Source of the DNA: Candidatus Methanomethylicia archaeon
GTDB lineage: Archaea > Thermoproteota > Methanomethylicia > Culexarchaeales > Culexarchaeaceae
Direction: 5' to 3'
Assembly (NCBI GenBank): GCA_038727515.1
Contig: JAVYVS010000005.1
Coordinates: 48,609 to 112,608 of the forward strand
DNA length: 64,000 nt
Of the stretch, positions 10,143 to 20,003 are shown piece by piece. The translations under genes were made by a program, and so were the position numbers. The notes beneath the pieces were generated by a model. That model was given only the letters and a program-made list of their open reading frames with translations. It was not told the origin of the DNA and did no database searches. Position 1 is the first letter of the stretch; every line of letters begins with the position of its first letter.

Positions 10143-10909
10143 CCTATTTGGTTTATATATTCTCCAATAATTATTTTCCCTTCAATATCTTTCTCATCCA
10201 TTTCTTTTGCTCTAGATATTGGTATGGAGTTTTCCTTAAACCATTTTAACATTTCAAATGGCTTCTTAAATCCTGCATTTCTACCATATGCTGTTGGACA
10301 TTGACTGATAACTTCTATAAATGCGAATTTATCTACTGGTATAACCTTTTTTATGGAATTCTTTAATGGTAACATATGATATGTAGTCCATTTAGCAACG
10401 TACGGTACCTTCATAGCTGCCATTATTTTAGCGACATCCAATGGTTTTTCTGGATTTCCAAATGGGGTTGTTGTAGTTTTTATTCCCTTTGGCGTTGTTG
10501 GTGAAACTTGACCTCCAGTCATTCCATATATCATGTTATTTACCATTATAACTTTTATTCCTATATCCCTTCTAGCTGCATGTATAAGATGATTTAACCC
10601 TATCCCTGCAAGATCCCCATCTCCACTTATTACGAAAACATTCAATTCTGGTCTCATAATTTTTATTCCTGTTGCTACTGGAATAGCTCTTCCATGAAGT
10701 GTATGTATACTGTCTGCTTTAAAATGGGGTGACGGTATCCATGCTGCACACCCTATGCCACTACAAAATACAAAGTTTTTAAGATCTTCATATCCTAACT
10801 CACTTATAGCTTTAAATAGTGCGTTAATTATCATTCCATTTCCACATCCTGGGCAGAATGGACTTGGTAAAACTTCCTCTCTAATATATCTTATCGCATA
10901 ATGTTTCAT
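10139..10909 (-). CDS. 2-oxoacid:ferredoxin oxidoreductase beta subunit (TPP-binding)
   Basis: FCPGCG, SGIGC, HGRA, GDGD, YGMTGGQ. Confidence 0.94.
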   Translation of the reverse strand: MKHYAIRYIREEVLPSPFCPGCGNGMIINALFKAISELGYEDLKNFVFCSGIGCAAWIPSPHFKADSIHTLHGRAIPVATGIKIMRPELNVFVISGDGDLAGIGLNHLIHAARRDIGIKVIMVNNMIYGMTGGQVSPTTPKGIKTTTTPFGNPEKPLDVAKIMAAMKVPYVAKWTTYHMLPLKNSIKKVIPVDKFAFIEVISQCPTAYGRNAGFKKPFEMLKWFKENSIPISRAKEMDEKDIEGKIIIGEYINQIG

Positions 10910-10910
10910 T

Positions 10911-12044
10911 TCAAATCCTCCTTACAATTTCAATTATTTCTTGCGGCATAATTAATTCACCACCTCCTATCTTCGTTAATGATAATACTTTTGCTTTGCC
11001 ATGTGTTGAACGTTGTACCTCCCTGACTAATTGACCTAAACTTAATTCTGGAACTATTATCATATTTACCTTATCAGCTAATTCTTCAACTGCCCAATCT
11101 GGAAATGGCCATATGGTCTTTAATCTTAAATGCGAGATTTTCACCCCCTCTTTCTCCAGTATTTCTATTGCTCCATAGGCTGATCTCGAAGAACATCCAT
11201 ATGATACTATTCCAACCCTTGAATTATCCTCCAATTTTAATTCATATTCACATATCTTCTTCGAATTTCCCTCTATCTTATAATATAGTCTTGTAACCAA
11301 TTTTCTATGAATTTTTGGATCAGAAGTCGCTCTATAACCCCATTCATTATGTGTAGATCCCGTCACTAATACGTTTAATCCCATACCCAATAATGGCATT
11401 GGAGGGGCTTTTAATGGATCTTCTGAATCGAAGAATGGTTTAGAATCATCAATTGCTACTCTTCTATCTATTATTTCTATTTTTTCTGGAACTTCCACAG
11501 GTTCAAATATGTGTGCAGTTAATTCATCTGCAAGTAATATCACTGGCGTCCTATACTCCTCCGCATAATTAAATGCTTTTATAGTTAAATCAAACATTTC
11601 TTGTGCAGAATTTGGTGATAATACTATAGCACTATAATCTCCATGAGTCCCCCATCTTGATTGGTAAAAATTTCCCTGAGCTCCTTTACTTGCTTGACCA
11701 GTTGCCGGCCCAACACGCTGTACTACAACTATTACACAAGGCGTTTCCGTCATAAATGCGTATCCTATACCCTCCTGCATTAAACTAAATCCTGGGCCGC
11801 TTGTTGCCGTCATAGCTTTTGCTCCTGCCCAGCTCGCCCCTATAATTGCATTTATAGATGCTATTTCATCCTCCATCTGCATGAATTTTCCTCCAACTTT
11901 TGGTAAAAGTTCAGATAATCGTTCTCCTATTTCTGATGCTGGCGTTATTGGGTATGCAGCAAAAAATCTACACCCAGCAATTATGGCTGCTTCCGCACAT
12001 GCTATATTACCTTGAATAAAATACCTTCTACCTCTCTCAAGCAT
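10911..12044 (-). CDS. 2-oxoacid:ferredoxin oxidoreductase alpha subunit (KorA-like)
   Basis: YPITPASE, QMEDE, TATSGPGFSLMQE. Confidence 0.94.
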   Translation of the reverse strand: MLERGRRYFIQGNIACAEAAIIAGCRFFAAYPITPASEIGERLSELLPKVGGKFMQMEDEIASINAIIGASWAGAKAMTATSGPGFSLMQEGIGYAFMTETPCVIVVVQRVGPATGQASKGAQGNFYQSRWGTHGDYSAIVLSPNSAQEMFDLTIKAFNYAEEYRTPVILLADELTAHIFEPVEVPEKIEIIDRRVAIDDSKPFFDSEDPLKAPPMPLLGMGLNVLVTGSTHNEWGYRATSDPKIHRKLVTRLYYKIEGNSKKICEYELKLEDNSRVGIVSYGCSSRSAYGAIEILEKEGVKISHLRLKTIWPFPDWAVEELADKVNMIIVPELSLGQLVREVQRSTHGKAKVLSLTKIGGGELIMPQEIIEIVRRI

Positions 12045-12105
12045 TAATTTAACACCAGTATGGCATATTAATTTGTTTTACATTAAATTTTTTGGTGTAT
12101 ATGAT

Positions 12106-12795
12106 TTGACTTTAAGAGTATTTATTGATGAAAGAGAAAAGAATTGTAAAGTCCCCTCATATTTGAGAGAGTACGGCTTATATATAATATTTAAACAACT
12201 GCCTGTTGGTGATTATATAATTTCAAATGATTGTGCTATTGAACGTAAGAATGTTAGAGACTTTGTTAATAGTGTTATTGAAGGGAGACTTTTCGATCAA
12301 GCTGATAGGCTTTCTCAATCTTATCTTAAATCTGCGATAATTATTGAAGGTGATTTAGAGTATATTTATGGATCTTTAAAAGCTGGAATAAAAGCTTTTT
12401 ATGGAATTTTATCATCTATATGGCTGAATTTAGGTGTTGCCTTCTTTTTCACTAGAGATGAGCAGGATACTGCTCAATTAATATACTCGATGATCAAACA
12501 TGAACAGGAGGGATTTAGAAAAGTTATTACGGTAAAAGGGAAGTCAAAGTATACTAGTATTAGTGAAAAACAATTATTAACCGTTAGTAGTTTTCCTGGA
12601 ATAGGCAATAAACTTGCCATTAGGTTACTTAATAAATTTGGTTCTTTAAAGAACATTATACTTGCTTCTGTAGCTGAATTGTCAATGGTTGAAGGTTTAA
12701 GTAGAAGTAAAGCTGAAAAACTAGTTGAATTCTTTAATGCTAAATTTGAAGGTTTGAATTCTACTACTAAACAGAGTAAGTTAAATTTAAGTTAG
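12106..12795 (+). CDS. xpf: Xpf/ERCC4 structure-specific endonuclease, short crenarchaeal type
   Basis: IDERE, GDY and IERK nuclease motifs, HhH2 (FPGIG), PIP-like C-terminus KQSKL; start moved to TTG 12106. Confidence 0.9.
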   Translation: MTLRVFIDEREKNCKVPSYLREYGLYIIFKQLPVGDYIISNDCAIERKNVRDFVNSVIEGRLFDQADRLSQSYLKSAIIIEGDLEYIYGSLKAGIKAFYGILSSIWLNLGVAFFFTRDEQDTAQLIYSMIKHEQEGFRKVITVKGKSKYTSISEKQLLTVSSFPGIGNKLAIRLLNKFGSLKNIILASVAELSMVEGLSRSKAEKLVEFFNAKFEGLNSTTKQSKLNLS

Positions 12796-12846
12796 TTAAT
12801 AGAAAAACTTTAACTATCAGTATTTATAATCTTTTAATGGATTAAA

Positions 12847-13458
12847 TTGCCACTAGAAGCTATGAGAGACTTTTTTAACATAATCATAACCTTCATCAGT
12901 AAACTTTCATCTATCATAGATGAATCTCAAGTTGAAAAATTAATTGACATATTAATATATGCTCAAGCGGCAAAACACTCAATTTTCGTTGTTGGTGCTG
13001 GTAGATCTGGACTTGTTGCACGTGCCTTCGCCATGAGATTAATGCATTTAGGATTTCAAGTGTATGTAATTGGAGAAACAATAACTCCTGCTGCTGGGAA
13101 AGGTGATGTATTGTTAGCCATATCTGGTTCGGGTAGTACAGGTATAGTTGTTAATGTAGCTCAAGCTGCAAAGAAGGTTGGTTGTACTATTGTAGCTATA
13201 ACTTCACATGTGGATTCACCACTTGGTCAATTGGCAGATCACATAGTTTACATTCCTGGTAGAACAAAAGTATCTGAAACCACTGATTACTTTTCTAGAC
13301 AAGTTTTAGGTTTACATGAACCATTAGCTCCTCTTGGAACTCTATTCGAAATAGCTGCAACCATATTCTTAGAATCTCTTGTTGGAGAACTTATGAAGAG
13401 GCTTGGAAAAACTGAAGAAGATTTAAGAAGTAGACATGCAACACTAGAATCTTTATAA
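12847..13458 (+). CDS. hxlB: 6-phospho-3-hexuloisomerase
   Basis: GAGRSGLV, FAMRLMHLG, ISGSG, APLGTLFE, HATLE. Confidence 0.93.
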   Translation: MPLEAMRDFFNIIITFISKLSSIIDESQVEKLIDILIYAQAAKHSIFVVGAGRSGLVARAFAMRLMHLGFQVYVIGETITPAAGKGDVLLAISGSGSTGIVVNVAQAAKKVGCTIVAITSHVDSPLGQLADHIVYIPGRTKVSETTDYFSRQVLGLHEPLAPLGTLFEIAATIFLESLVGELMKRLGKTEEDLRSRHATLESL

Positions 13459-13477
13459 CATGAATTATGAATAAATA

Positions 13478-13987
13478 TTGTTTGTTACGGTGGGATATTT
13501 GAATTCCAATATTTTAATTCGTCCTTCATGGGATGAGTATTTCATGAAGATTGCACATATAGTAAAAGAGAGATCTACCTGTTTACGTAGAAAGGTTGGT
13601 GCTGTATTAGTTAAAGATAAACATATACTGTCCACTGGTTATAATGGTGCCCCAAAAGGTTTACCTCATTGTTCTGAAACTGGATGTTTAAGGGAGAAGT
13701 TAAATATACCTTCTGGTCAGAGGCATGAGCTTTGTAGAGGTGTTCATGCAGAGCAGAATGCAATAATACAAGCAGCTGTTTTTGGTGTTAGTACTCGTGG
13801 TTCAACATTGTATGTAACTGATTTTCCATGTTCTATTTGTGCAAAAATTATTATTAATGCTGAAGTTAAAGAAATTGTCTATGATGCTCAATATGAAGAT
13901 CCTGTATCTATGGATTTATTACATTCTGCAGAAATTGTTATAAGACGTGTTCAAATAAAGGATAAAAAGGAATTGTTTATTAACTAA
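13478..13987 (+). CDS. dCMP deaminase family protein
   Basis: [27 protein letters not shown]. Confidence 0.92.
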   Translation: MFVTVGYLNSNILIRPSWDEYFMKIAHIVKERSTCLRRKVGAVLVKDKHILSTGYNGAPKGLPHCSETGCLREKLNIPSGQRHELCRGVHAEQNAIIQAAVFGVSTRGSTLYVTDFPCSICAKIIINAEVKEIVYDAQYEDPVSMDLLHSAEIVIRRVQIKDKKELFIN

Positions 13988-14020
13988 TTTTTGACATATT
14001 ATATTTGAGGTGTATTTTAA

Positions 14021-14383
14021 TTGAAAACATATATCAAAATATATGGGCCTCCAATTATTGAAGCGTTAAAAGCCCTTGAACGAGTGGCTATTGAAATATC
14101 TAAAGAATTGCCAGAAGTATGTTTTTATGATACTCTTGGAGGTACTGCTTTACCGCAAAGTGATGTTACAGCTTTTATCTCTGAGAGACTTGGTATCTCA
14201 GTTGATGAAGCACGTATGCATTATGAAAAAATGATAAGTAAGAGTGGATGGACTTTAGGGGAGCATGACTTTTATTTTGAATGGACTGTTCCACCAACCT
14301 TTGAGCAGTTAAAATTATTGATTTCAAAAATTGATGAAGCATTACAACCATTAGGATGTAAATATACTGTGACAACGAAATAA
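14021..14383 (+). CDS. Hypothetical protein
   Basis: SD GAGGTG before a TTG start; protein-like composition; no motif recognised. Confidence 0.65.
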   Translation: MKTYIKIYGPPIIEALKALERVAIEISKELPEVCFYDTLGGTALPQSDVTAFISERLGISVDEARMHYEKMISKSGWTLGEHDFYFEWTVPPTFEQLKLLISKIDEALQPLGCKYTVTTK

Positions 14384-14419
14384 TCTTAATTCACCTTTTT
14401 TATACATTTTTAAAGATCT

Positions 14420-15220
14420 TTAATCATATATTTTGTGTTTTCTTGTTAGTATACTTTCTGCCAATTCAAGCTCTTTTAATGTATTTATTGGTATCCAATC
14501 ATTTCTATCATTTGCATATAGTATTAGACTATAAAGCTTCCCTTTTTCTGCTAATTTTGGTAATATTGTTGACTCATATTCTATTGCTTCTGCACTATTT
14601 ATATCTATTAATTCATCTACTAATTGATATACATTTGGTTCAATAACGCACATTCCTATATGAGTTAAGACATTTATAAATGGTTTTTCAACAAATCTCT
14701 TTATTCTTCCAACTTCATCTATTTCCGCTATTCCATATGGATATGTTGTTGAAGTTATTAATGTTGATGTAGCCCAAATATCATAGTTTTCCACTCCATG
14801 TATGTGTTGTGCTAAGAGGATTAATGGTAAAAATCTATTTAATTTTAAATCGTCTGGAAATGTTATTATAGCCCTTTTATCACGTTCTATTACTCCACTT
14901 TTTAATGCATGTTTTAATGCCTTCCCCTTTCCAACTTTTTCCACATTTGGATCCATAGAATATTGTATTTCTACATTCCATTTTTCCCCATTACCCGCAT
15001 ACTTCATTATTTCTTCTCCTAAATGTCCTATTAATAACTTGTATTTTTTAAATCCACAATTTCTAAATAATTCTATTTCTCTTTCAAGTAATGTTTTTCC
15101 AGCAACTTTTATTAATGCTTTATTTACATCTGGTAATCCCATCCTTTTAGCTTTTCCACCTATTGGCATTATTACCTGTGTTGTAGCAGCTTCATTAATT
15201 AATTCTTCAATAGTCTTCAT
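14420..15220 (-). CDS. Sugar-phosphate nucleotidyltransferase family protein
   Basis: GGKAKRM...NKAL, YGIAE, FVEKP. Confidence 0.85.
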   Translation of the reverse strand: MKTIEELINEAATTQVIMPIGGKAKRMGLPDVNKALIKVAGKTLLEREIELFRNCGFKKYKLLIGHLGEEIMKYAGNGEKWNVEIQYSMDPNVEKVGKGKALKHALKSGVIERDKRAIITFPDDLKLNRFLPLILLAQHIHGVENYDIWATSTLITSTTYPYGIAEIDEVGRIKRFVEKPFINVLTHIGMCVIEPNVYQLVDELIDINSAEAIEYESTILPKLAEKGKLYSLILYANDRNDWIPINTLKELELAESILTRKHKIYD

Positions 15221-15372
15221 ATAAACACCCTACTATAACTTTGCCTTTATTTTATTTTTAATGTTTTCACTTGACATTTATATTATACAGTTAATTGTTA
15301 GCCCTAGTAAAGTTTAAGAAAGACTTTATATATTTACTTTCTAGTTTTGATTGTTTGGAGGGTGTGCTGTAC

Positions 15373-17586
15373 TTGGTTAAGTATAAAACTACTGAACAAA
15401 TATTGAAGATAATGGATGCATTAGATAATGTTAGAAATATCGGTACTTTAGCGCATGTTGATCATGGTAAAACTACTTTGTCTGATTCTCTTCTAATGGC
15501 TGCAGGTCTTATTTCTCCCAAAGTTGCTGGTAAAGCTCTCGCTTTAGATTATGTTCCAATAGAGCAAATGAGGCAGATGACTGTTAAAGCTGCCAATGTT
15601 TCTCTTTACCATGAATATAATGGAAATGAATATTTAATTAATCTTGTTGATACTCCTGGGCATGTTGATTTTACAGGTCATGTTACGAGGTCGTTGAGGG
15701 TTATGGATGGTGCTATAGTAGTTGTTGATGCAGTTGAAGGTGTTATGACACAAACAGAAACTGTTGTTAGACAGGGATTAGAAGAAAGAGTTCGTCCACT
15801 TCTATATGTAAATAAAATTGATAGATTAATTAGAGAACTCAAGCTTACTCCAGAAGAAGTTCAACATAAATTATTAGAGATAATTAGAGATTTTAATAAT
15901 TTAATTGATTTATATGCTGAACCAGAATTTAAAGAATTATGGAAGATCAATCCTTTAAAGGGGCAGATGGCATTTGGTTCTGCATTACATAAATGGGGGC
16001 TAACAATACCCATAGCGCAAAAAGCTGGAATTAAGTTTAGTGAAATAGTTAAAGCTTATGAGAAAGGACCTGAAGAAGTGGCTCATTTAGCTGAAGATTT
16101 CCCATTATATAGAGCAATTTTAGATATGGTTGTTCAACATGTTCCAAGTCCAAGAGTGGCTCAAAAATATAGAATACCTAAGCTTTGGCGTGGAGATATA
16201 GATAGTGAAATTGGGCAATCTATGCTTAAATGCGACCCTAAAGGTCCTCTAGTTGTTTGTGTAAGTAAGATAGTTGTGGACCCTCATGCGGGTCTTGTAG
16301 CTACAGGTAGAGTTTTCAGTGGAATGGTTAATAGTGGTGATGAAGTTTACTTACTAATGGCAAAGAGAGCTGGCAGAATTCAGCAAGTAGGTTTATACAT
16401 GGGGCCTTACAGAGAAGTTGTAGATAGAGTTCTTGCTGGAAACATTGTTGCTATTCTTGGTTTAGACGATGCTAGAGCTGGTGAAACCATAGTTGATGTT
16501 AACTATAAGGATGTTATGTTTCCCTTTGAAAAATTGGTTTATATAAGTGAACCTGTAGTTACTGTTGCTCTTGAACCTAAGAAAAGCGCTGAACTTCCAC
16601 GTTTAGTAGATACTTTAAGGAAAATGGCTATAGAAGATCCAACATTACACGTAAAAATAAATGAGGAAACCGGAGAATATTTGATTAGTGGTATGGGGAC
16701 GTTACATCTAGAAATTGCTTTATGGGATTTACAGCAACGAACCGGTGGAATAGATATAGAGGTATCTCCTCCTATAGTGGTTTATAGAGAAAGTATTAAG
16801 GGTTCTGCTGGACCTATAGAAGGTAAATCTCCAAATAGGCATAACCGGATATACATTAGTATTGAACCTCTTGATGAAAATACTTTAAGATTACTTAGTA
16901 CTGGTGCTGTTTATGATGATCAAGATTGGCGTACAAGAGCAAAGATTCTACGTTCTGAAGCTGGATGGGATGCTGATGAAGCTAGGGGTATAATGGCTAT
17001 TGATGAGCATCTAAACATATTTGTAGATGTAACTAAGGGTATTCAATATCTAAGGGATATTAGAGAAACACTTATATCTGCCTTTAGATGGGCTATGGAG
17101 GCTGGACCATTGGCCCATGAACCTATTAGGGGAGTTAAAGTTAAATTAGTTGATGCAATGGTTCATGAAGATCCAGCTCATAGGGGGCCTGCTCAAATAA
17201 TGCCTGCAACTAGAAATGCTATTTTTGCAGCTTTCCTTTCTGCTTCTCCAATAATTTTGGAACCCGTTTTAAAAATGGATGCAAAAGTTCCACAGGAATT
17301 CGTCAGTGGATTACTTCGAGTAATAACCTCTAAACGTGGTAAAATAATAAGTATGGAAGATCAAAAGCTTCTAATGTTTGTTAAATGTCATATACCTGTT
17401 TCGGAAACCTTTGATTTATCAGATCAGATTAGAGGTGCAACTCAGGGTAGATGTTTCTGGAGTACAGAATTTTCACATTGGAGCCCATTACCTCAACAAT
17501 TAGCTGAAGATGTAATTAGACAAATTAGAAAGAGAAAGGGATTACCTATGAATCCACCAAAAGTTGAAGATTTCTTAACTCCATAA
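15373..17586 (+). CDS. fusA: Translation elongation factor 2 (aEF-2)
   Basis: AHVDHGKTT, DTPGHVDF, NKID, diphthamide loop HEDPAHRGPAQ; start moved to SD-led TTG 15373. Confidence 0.98.
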   Translation: MVKYKTTEQILKIMDALDNVRNIGTLAHVDHGKTTLSDSLLMAAGLISPKVAGKALALDYVPIEQMRQMTVKAANVSLYHEYNGNEYLINLVDTPGHVDFTGHVTRSLRVMDGAIVVVDAVEGVMTQTETVVRQGLEERVRPLLYVNKIDRLIRELKLTPEEVQHKLLEIIRDFNNLIDLYAEPEFKELWKINPLKGQMAFGSALHKWGLTIPIAQKAGIKFSEIVKAYEKGPEEVAHLAEDFPLYRAILDMVVQHVPSPRVAQKYRIPKLWRGDIDSEIGQSMLKCDPKGPLVVCVSKIVVDPHAGLVATGRVFSGMVNSGDEVYLLMAKRAGRIQQVGLYMGPYREVVDRVLAGNIVAILGLDDARAGETIVDVNYKDVMFPFEKLVYISEPVVTVALEPKKSAELPRLVDTLRKMAIEDPTLHVKINEETGEYLISGMGTLHLEIALWDLQQRTGGIDIEVSPPIVVYRESIKGSAGPIEGKSPNRHNRIYISIEPLDENTLRLLSTGAVYDDQDWRTRAKILRSEAGWDADEARGIMAIDEHLNIFVDVTKGIQYLRDIRETLISAFRWAMEAGPLAHEPIRGVKVKLVDAMVHEDPAHRGPAQIMPATRNAIFAAFLSASPIILEPVLKMDAKVPQEFVSGLLRVITSKRGKIISMEDQKLLMFVKCHIPVSETFDLSDQIRGATQGRCFWSTEFSHWSPLPQQLAEDVIRQIRKRKGLPMNPPKVEDFLTP

Positions 17587-17588
17587 AT

Positions 17589-18692
17589 TTAAAATTTTAC
17601 AGTCCATTTTCCTCTTTCATATAATTCCATTGGCAATTTCTTCTCCTTTTTTACTTTCCTATCAATTAAACCAATACTGCAATCCTTTATTATTCCTATT
17701 TTCTTCATAATTATCAATGCTTTGTTTAATTCTATAATTTGGTCTAATGGTACGTAATTGTATATTACTACTATGTTGTTTTCTAAGTTTATTAATGCTC
17801 TACTTGTAAATGGCTTTCCCTCAAGTGAAGCTAAGAATGTGCACATATTTTTTCTACTTGTAAATTGAATTTGGGTTAATATATGTGCTGATATTTCTTC
17901 TGGATATAGTTTTAACTCTGCTTCATACCCTTTTATAATGTCGTATTTAATTAAATGTTTATAATAGTGGTATCGTATTGTTGGTGGAGTAACCCCCATT
18001 TCACTTGCAATTTCTTTAAATGAAGTTTCAGCGTCTTCTTCTAGTTTCCTTATTATGAAGACATCTGGTTTATCTAATACCATATATTCTTCACTTTTTA
18101 TTAATGGTACTTCTATCTCTTTACCATGGATTACTTCATCTATCCATTCCTCCCATTTAAAATCCCATTTTCTTTCTTCATCATTAAACCAGTCAATATT
18201 TGGTTTTGTGTTATACTCTATTGGGTTTGTATTTATATAAGTGATCTTTATGTTGCCTTCTTTTTCTAATGACCTAATAAATTTATTGAATTCACTTATG
18301 GCTTCTTTAGGTATATTATAATATGCATGCCAATATGTATCCATTTGCACATAGTATTTTTCGATTCTTCTCCAATAGTCTATACGTTCTAAATCTGTCT
18401 CTAATCTTATCTCTCCTTTTTCACTTTCGTCTTTAAAAATTATCTCTATTGGTTGTAACCCAATGTTTCTTACATTTATCTTTACTTTTAGTTTTAATAT
18501 GTTCCTGCCTGTTAATTTGTCATAATAATAGTGGACTAATGCAGGTGACATTTCAGCCTTTTTTGCCAATAATGATAGGTTGTTTGTTCCTGTTTCATGT
18601 AGAGTTTTTATTATCTTTTGACAATTTTTATCTATTGCTTTAGAATATTTCCTGAAACTTTGACTTTCTCTCCAATCGAACATTGCAATCAA
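17589..18692 (-). CDS. Transcriptional regulator with two Lrp/AsnC-type wHTH domains
   Basis: Two HTH segments: LSLLAKKAEMSPALVHYYY and LDKPD...SFKEIASEMGVTPPTIRYH. Confidence 0.7.
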   Translation of the reverse strand: MIAMFDWRESQSFRKYSKAIDKNCQKIIKTLHETGTNNLSLLAKKAEMSPALVHYYYDKLTGRNILKLKVKINVRNIGLQPIEIIFKDESEKGEIRLETDLERIDYWRRIEKYYVQMDTYWHAYYNIPKEAISEFNKFIRSLEKEGNIKITYINTNPIEYNTKPNIDWFNDEERKWDFKWEEWIDEVIHGKEIEVPLIKSEEYMVLDKPDVFIIRKLEEDAETSFKEIASEMGVTPPTIRYHYYKHLIKYDIIKGYEAELKLYPEEISAHILTQIQFTSRKNMCTFLASLEGKPFTSRALINLENNIVVIYNYVPLDQIIELNKALIIMKKIGIIKDCSIGLIDRKVKKEKKLPMELYERGKWTVKF

Positions 18693-18748
18693 CTTTTTAA
18701 TTTTTTATTTTGCATATTTTTAAAGGTTTTCTTTTTCTTTTTTACTTT

Positions 18749-18805
18749 TGGCTCAGAGCCTGTTGGCTCATCATTGTTCAGCCCTTACACGCATCGTCAT
18801 AGCCA
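18749..18805 (-). ncRNA. Box C/D guide sRNA
   Basis: Minus strand reads TGGCT ATGACGA(C) TGCGTGTAAGGG CTGA(D') ACA ATGATGA(C') GCCAACAGGCT CTGA(D) GCCA, with a terminal stem. Confidence 0.9.
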
Positions 18806-18844
18806 TGTATTTATTCAATCACCTTATTTTTATCTTTATTTTTG

Positions 18845-19927
18845 TTATTCCTCTATTCTATACCTTAGTATTGCTGCTATTCCTCCTAAAGAAAGGAGTT
18901 TCTTTCCAGCTTCACTTATTTCTGATATAATTCTAATTTCTCCACCTTGTCTTTCAACATCTTCTATTATTTCTTCTATTTTCTCCCTTTTTTCTCCATA
19001 ACTTTTAAGCATTCTATTGGATATCATCAATGTTTTTACAGCACCAATTTTTGCAGCTTTATACGTTTCATTTAATCCATAGGTTGCCTTCCCCTTTTCT
19101 TTAGCTAAAATCTCTAAGTAGTCTTCCATAATTTTAGAGTCTTCAATCATTTTTATTTCTTTTAATGCTTTTAGTATGCTATTTTTCCTTAATGCTTCAT
19201 TTATTCCTCTTATTCCCCCATTTGATGTATCTTCGCTTATTAATATGATTTTATTCTTCATTTTCTGTATTTCCTTTGAAATTTCTGATGCTAATTTTTC
19301 TCTCAAGTAGTTTATTCCTACTACAACTATGGTTTTCATATTGTTTTTCTCAATAATTTCAGCAATTTTTTTCGCGAGTTCGTTTATTACTCTCTCCATT
19401 TTTTCTTCCCTCATTTTTTCTTCTCTTTTACTTGGCAATTTAAGTTGAATTTCAAGTTGTACGTCTATTCCATATTCTCTTATCACTCCTATAGCTGCTT
19501 CTTCATCATCTATAGCTATTATTAGAACGTTTCTATTTTCACCTTTTATTTTACATTTTTCTTCTATTTGTTTTATTAAGGATTTAGTCCATTTACTTTT
19601 TATTATTTTTATTTCGTCTGAAGCCTTTACATTTATCGTATGATAACTTCCTAAAAATCCATATTTTTCATATTCTTCCGGATGATATATTATTACTCCA
19701 TTGATTCTTAGCCTATTTGTAAATGGTTGAAATTCTACCTTTTCTACTTTTATCCCAATTTGCACATATTTTCTCACGCTTTCATCCCCTATCTTTATTT
19801 CTCTTGTGGTTTTTGCATATACTTCATCATCTTTTTCAATTATAGTATCTAGTATCCAAAGGTCATCTTCATCTTCTATTTTCAATTGCAGTTCTCTACT
19901 TTTCTCATCCCATTTTATTATTTTCAT
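18845..19927 (-). CDS. pelA: Pelota (aPelota/Dom34) ribosome rescue factor
   Basis: DDLWIL, FQPFTNRLRING, GSYHT, LGGIAAILRY. Confidence 0.95.
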   Translation of the reverse strand: MKIIKWDEKSRELQLKIEDEDDLWILDTIIEKDDEVYAKTTREIKIGDESVRKYVQIGIKVEKVEFQPFTNRLRINGVIIYHPEEYEKYGFLGSYHTINVKASDEIKIIKSKWTKSLIKQIEEKCKIKGENRNVLIIAIDDEEAAIGVIREYGIDVQLEIQLKLPSKREEKMREEKMERVINELAKKIAEIIEKNNMKTIVVVGINYLREKLASEISKEIQKMKNKIILISEDTSNGGIRGINEALRKNSILKALKEIKMIEDSKIMEDYLEILAKEKGKATYGLNETYKAAKIGAVKTLMISNRMLKSYGEKREKIEEIIEDVERQGGEIRIISEISEAGKKLLSLGGIAAILRYRIEE

Positions 19928-20003
19928 TTTAATAACATCTTAATTATTCCAAATAGATATTAAAATTTTAAATTTTTGGTATATAACAATTTTATAGGTT
20001 ACT

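Noticed and set aside
18757-18767. D guide of the sRNA matching AGCCTGTT in tRNA-Gly(GCC) of this window
   Set aside because: Only 8 nt of pairing; too short to call a target.
18618-19001. + strand ORFs across the pelota-regulator gap
   Set aside because: Low-complexity antisense frames overlapping pelota and the C/D sRNA.
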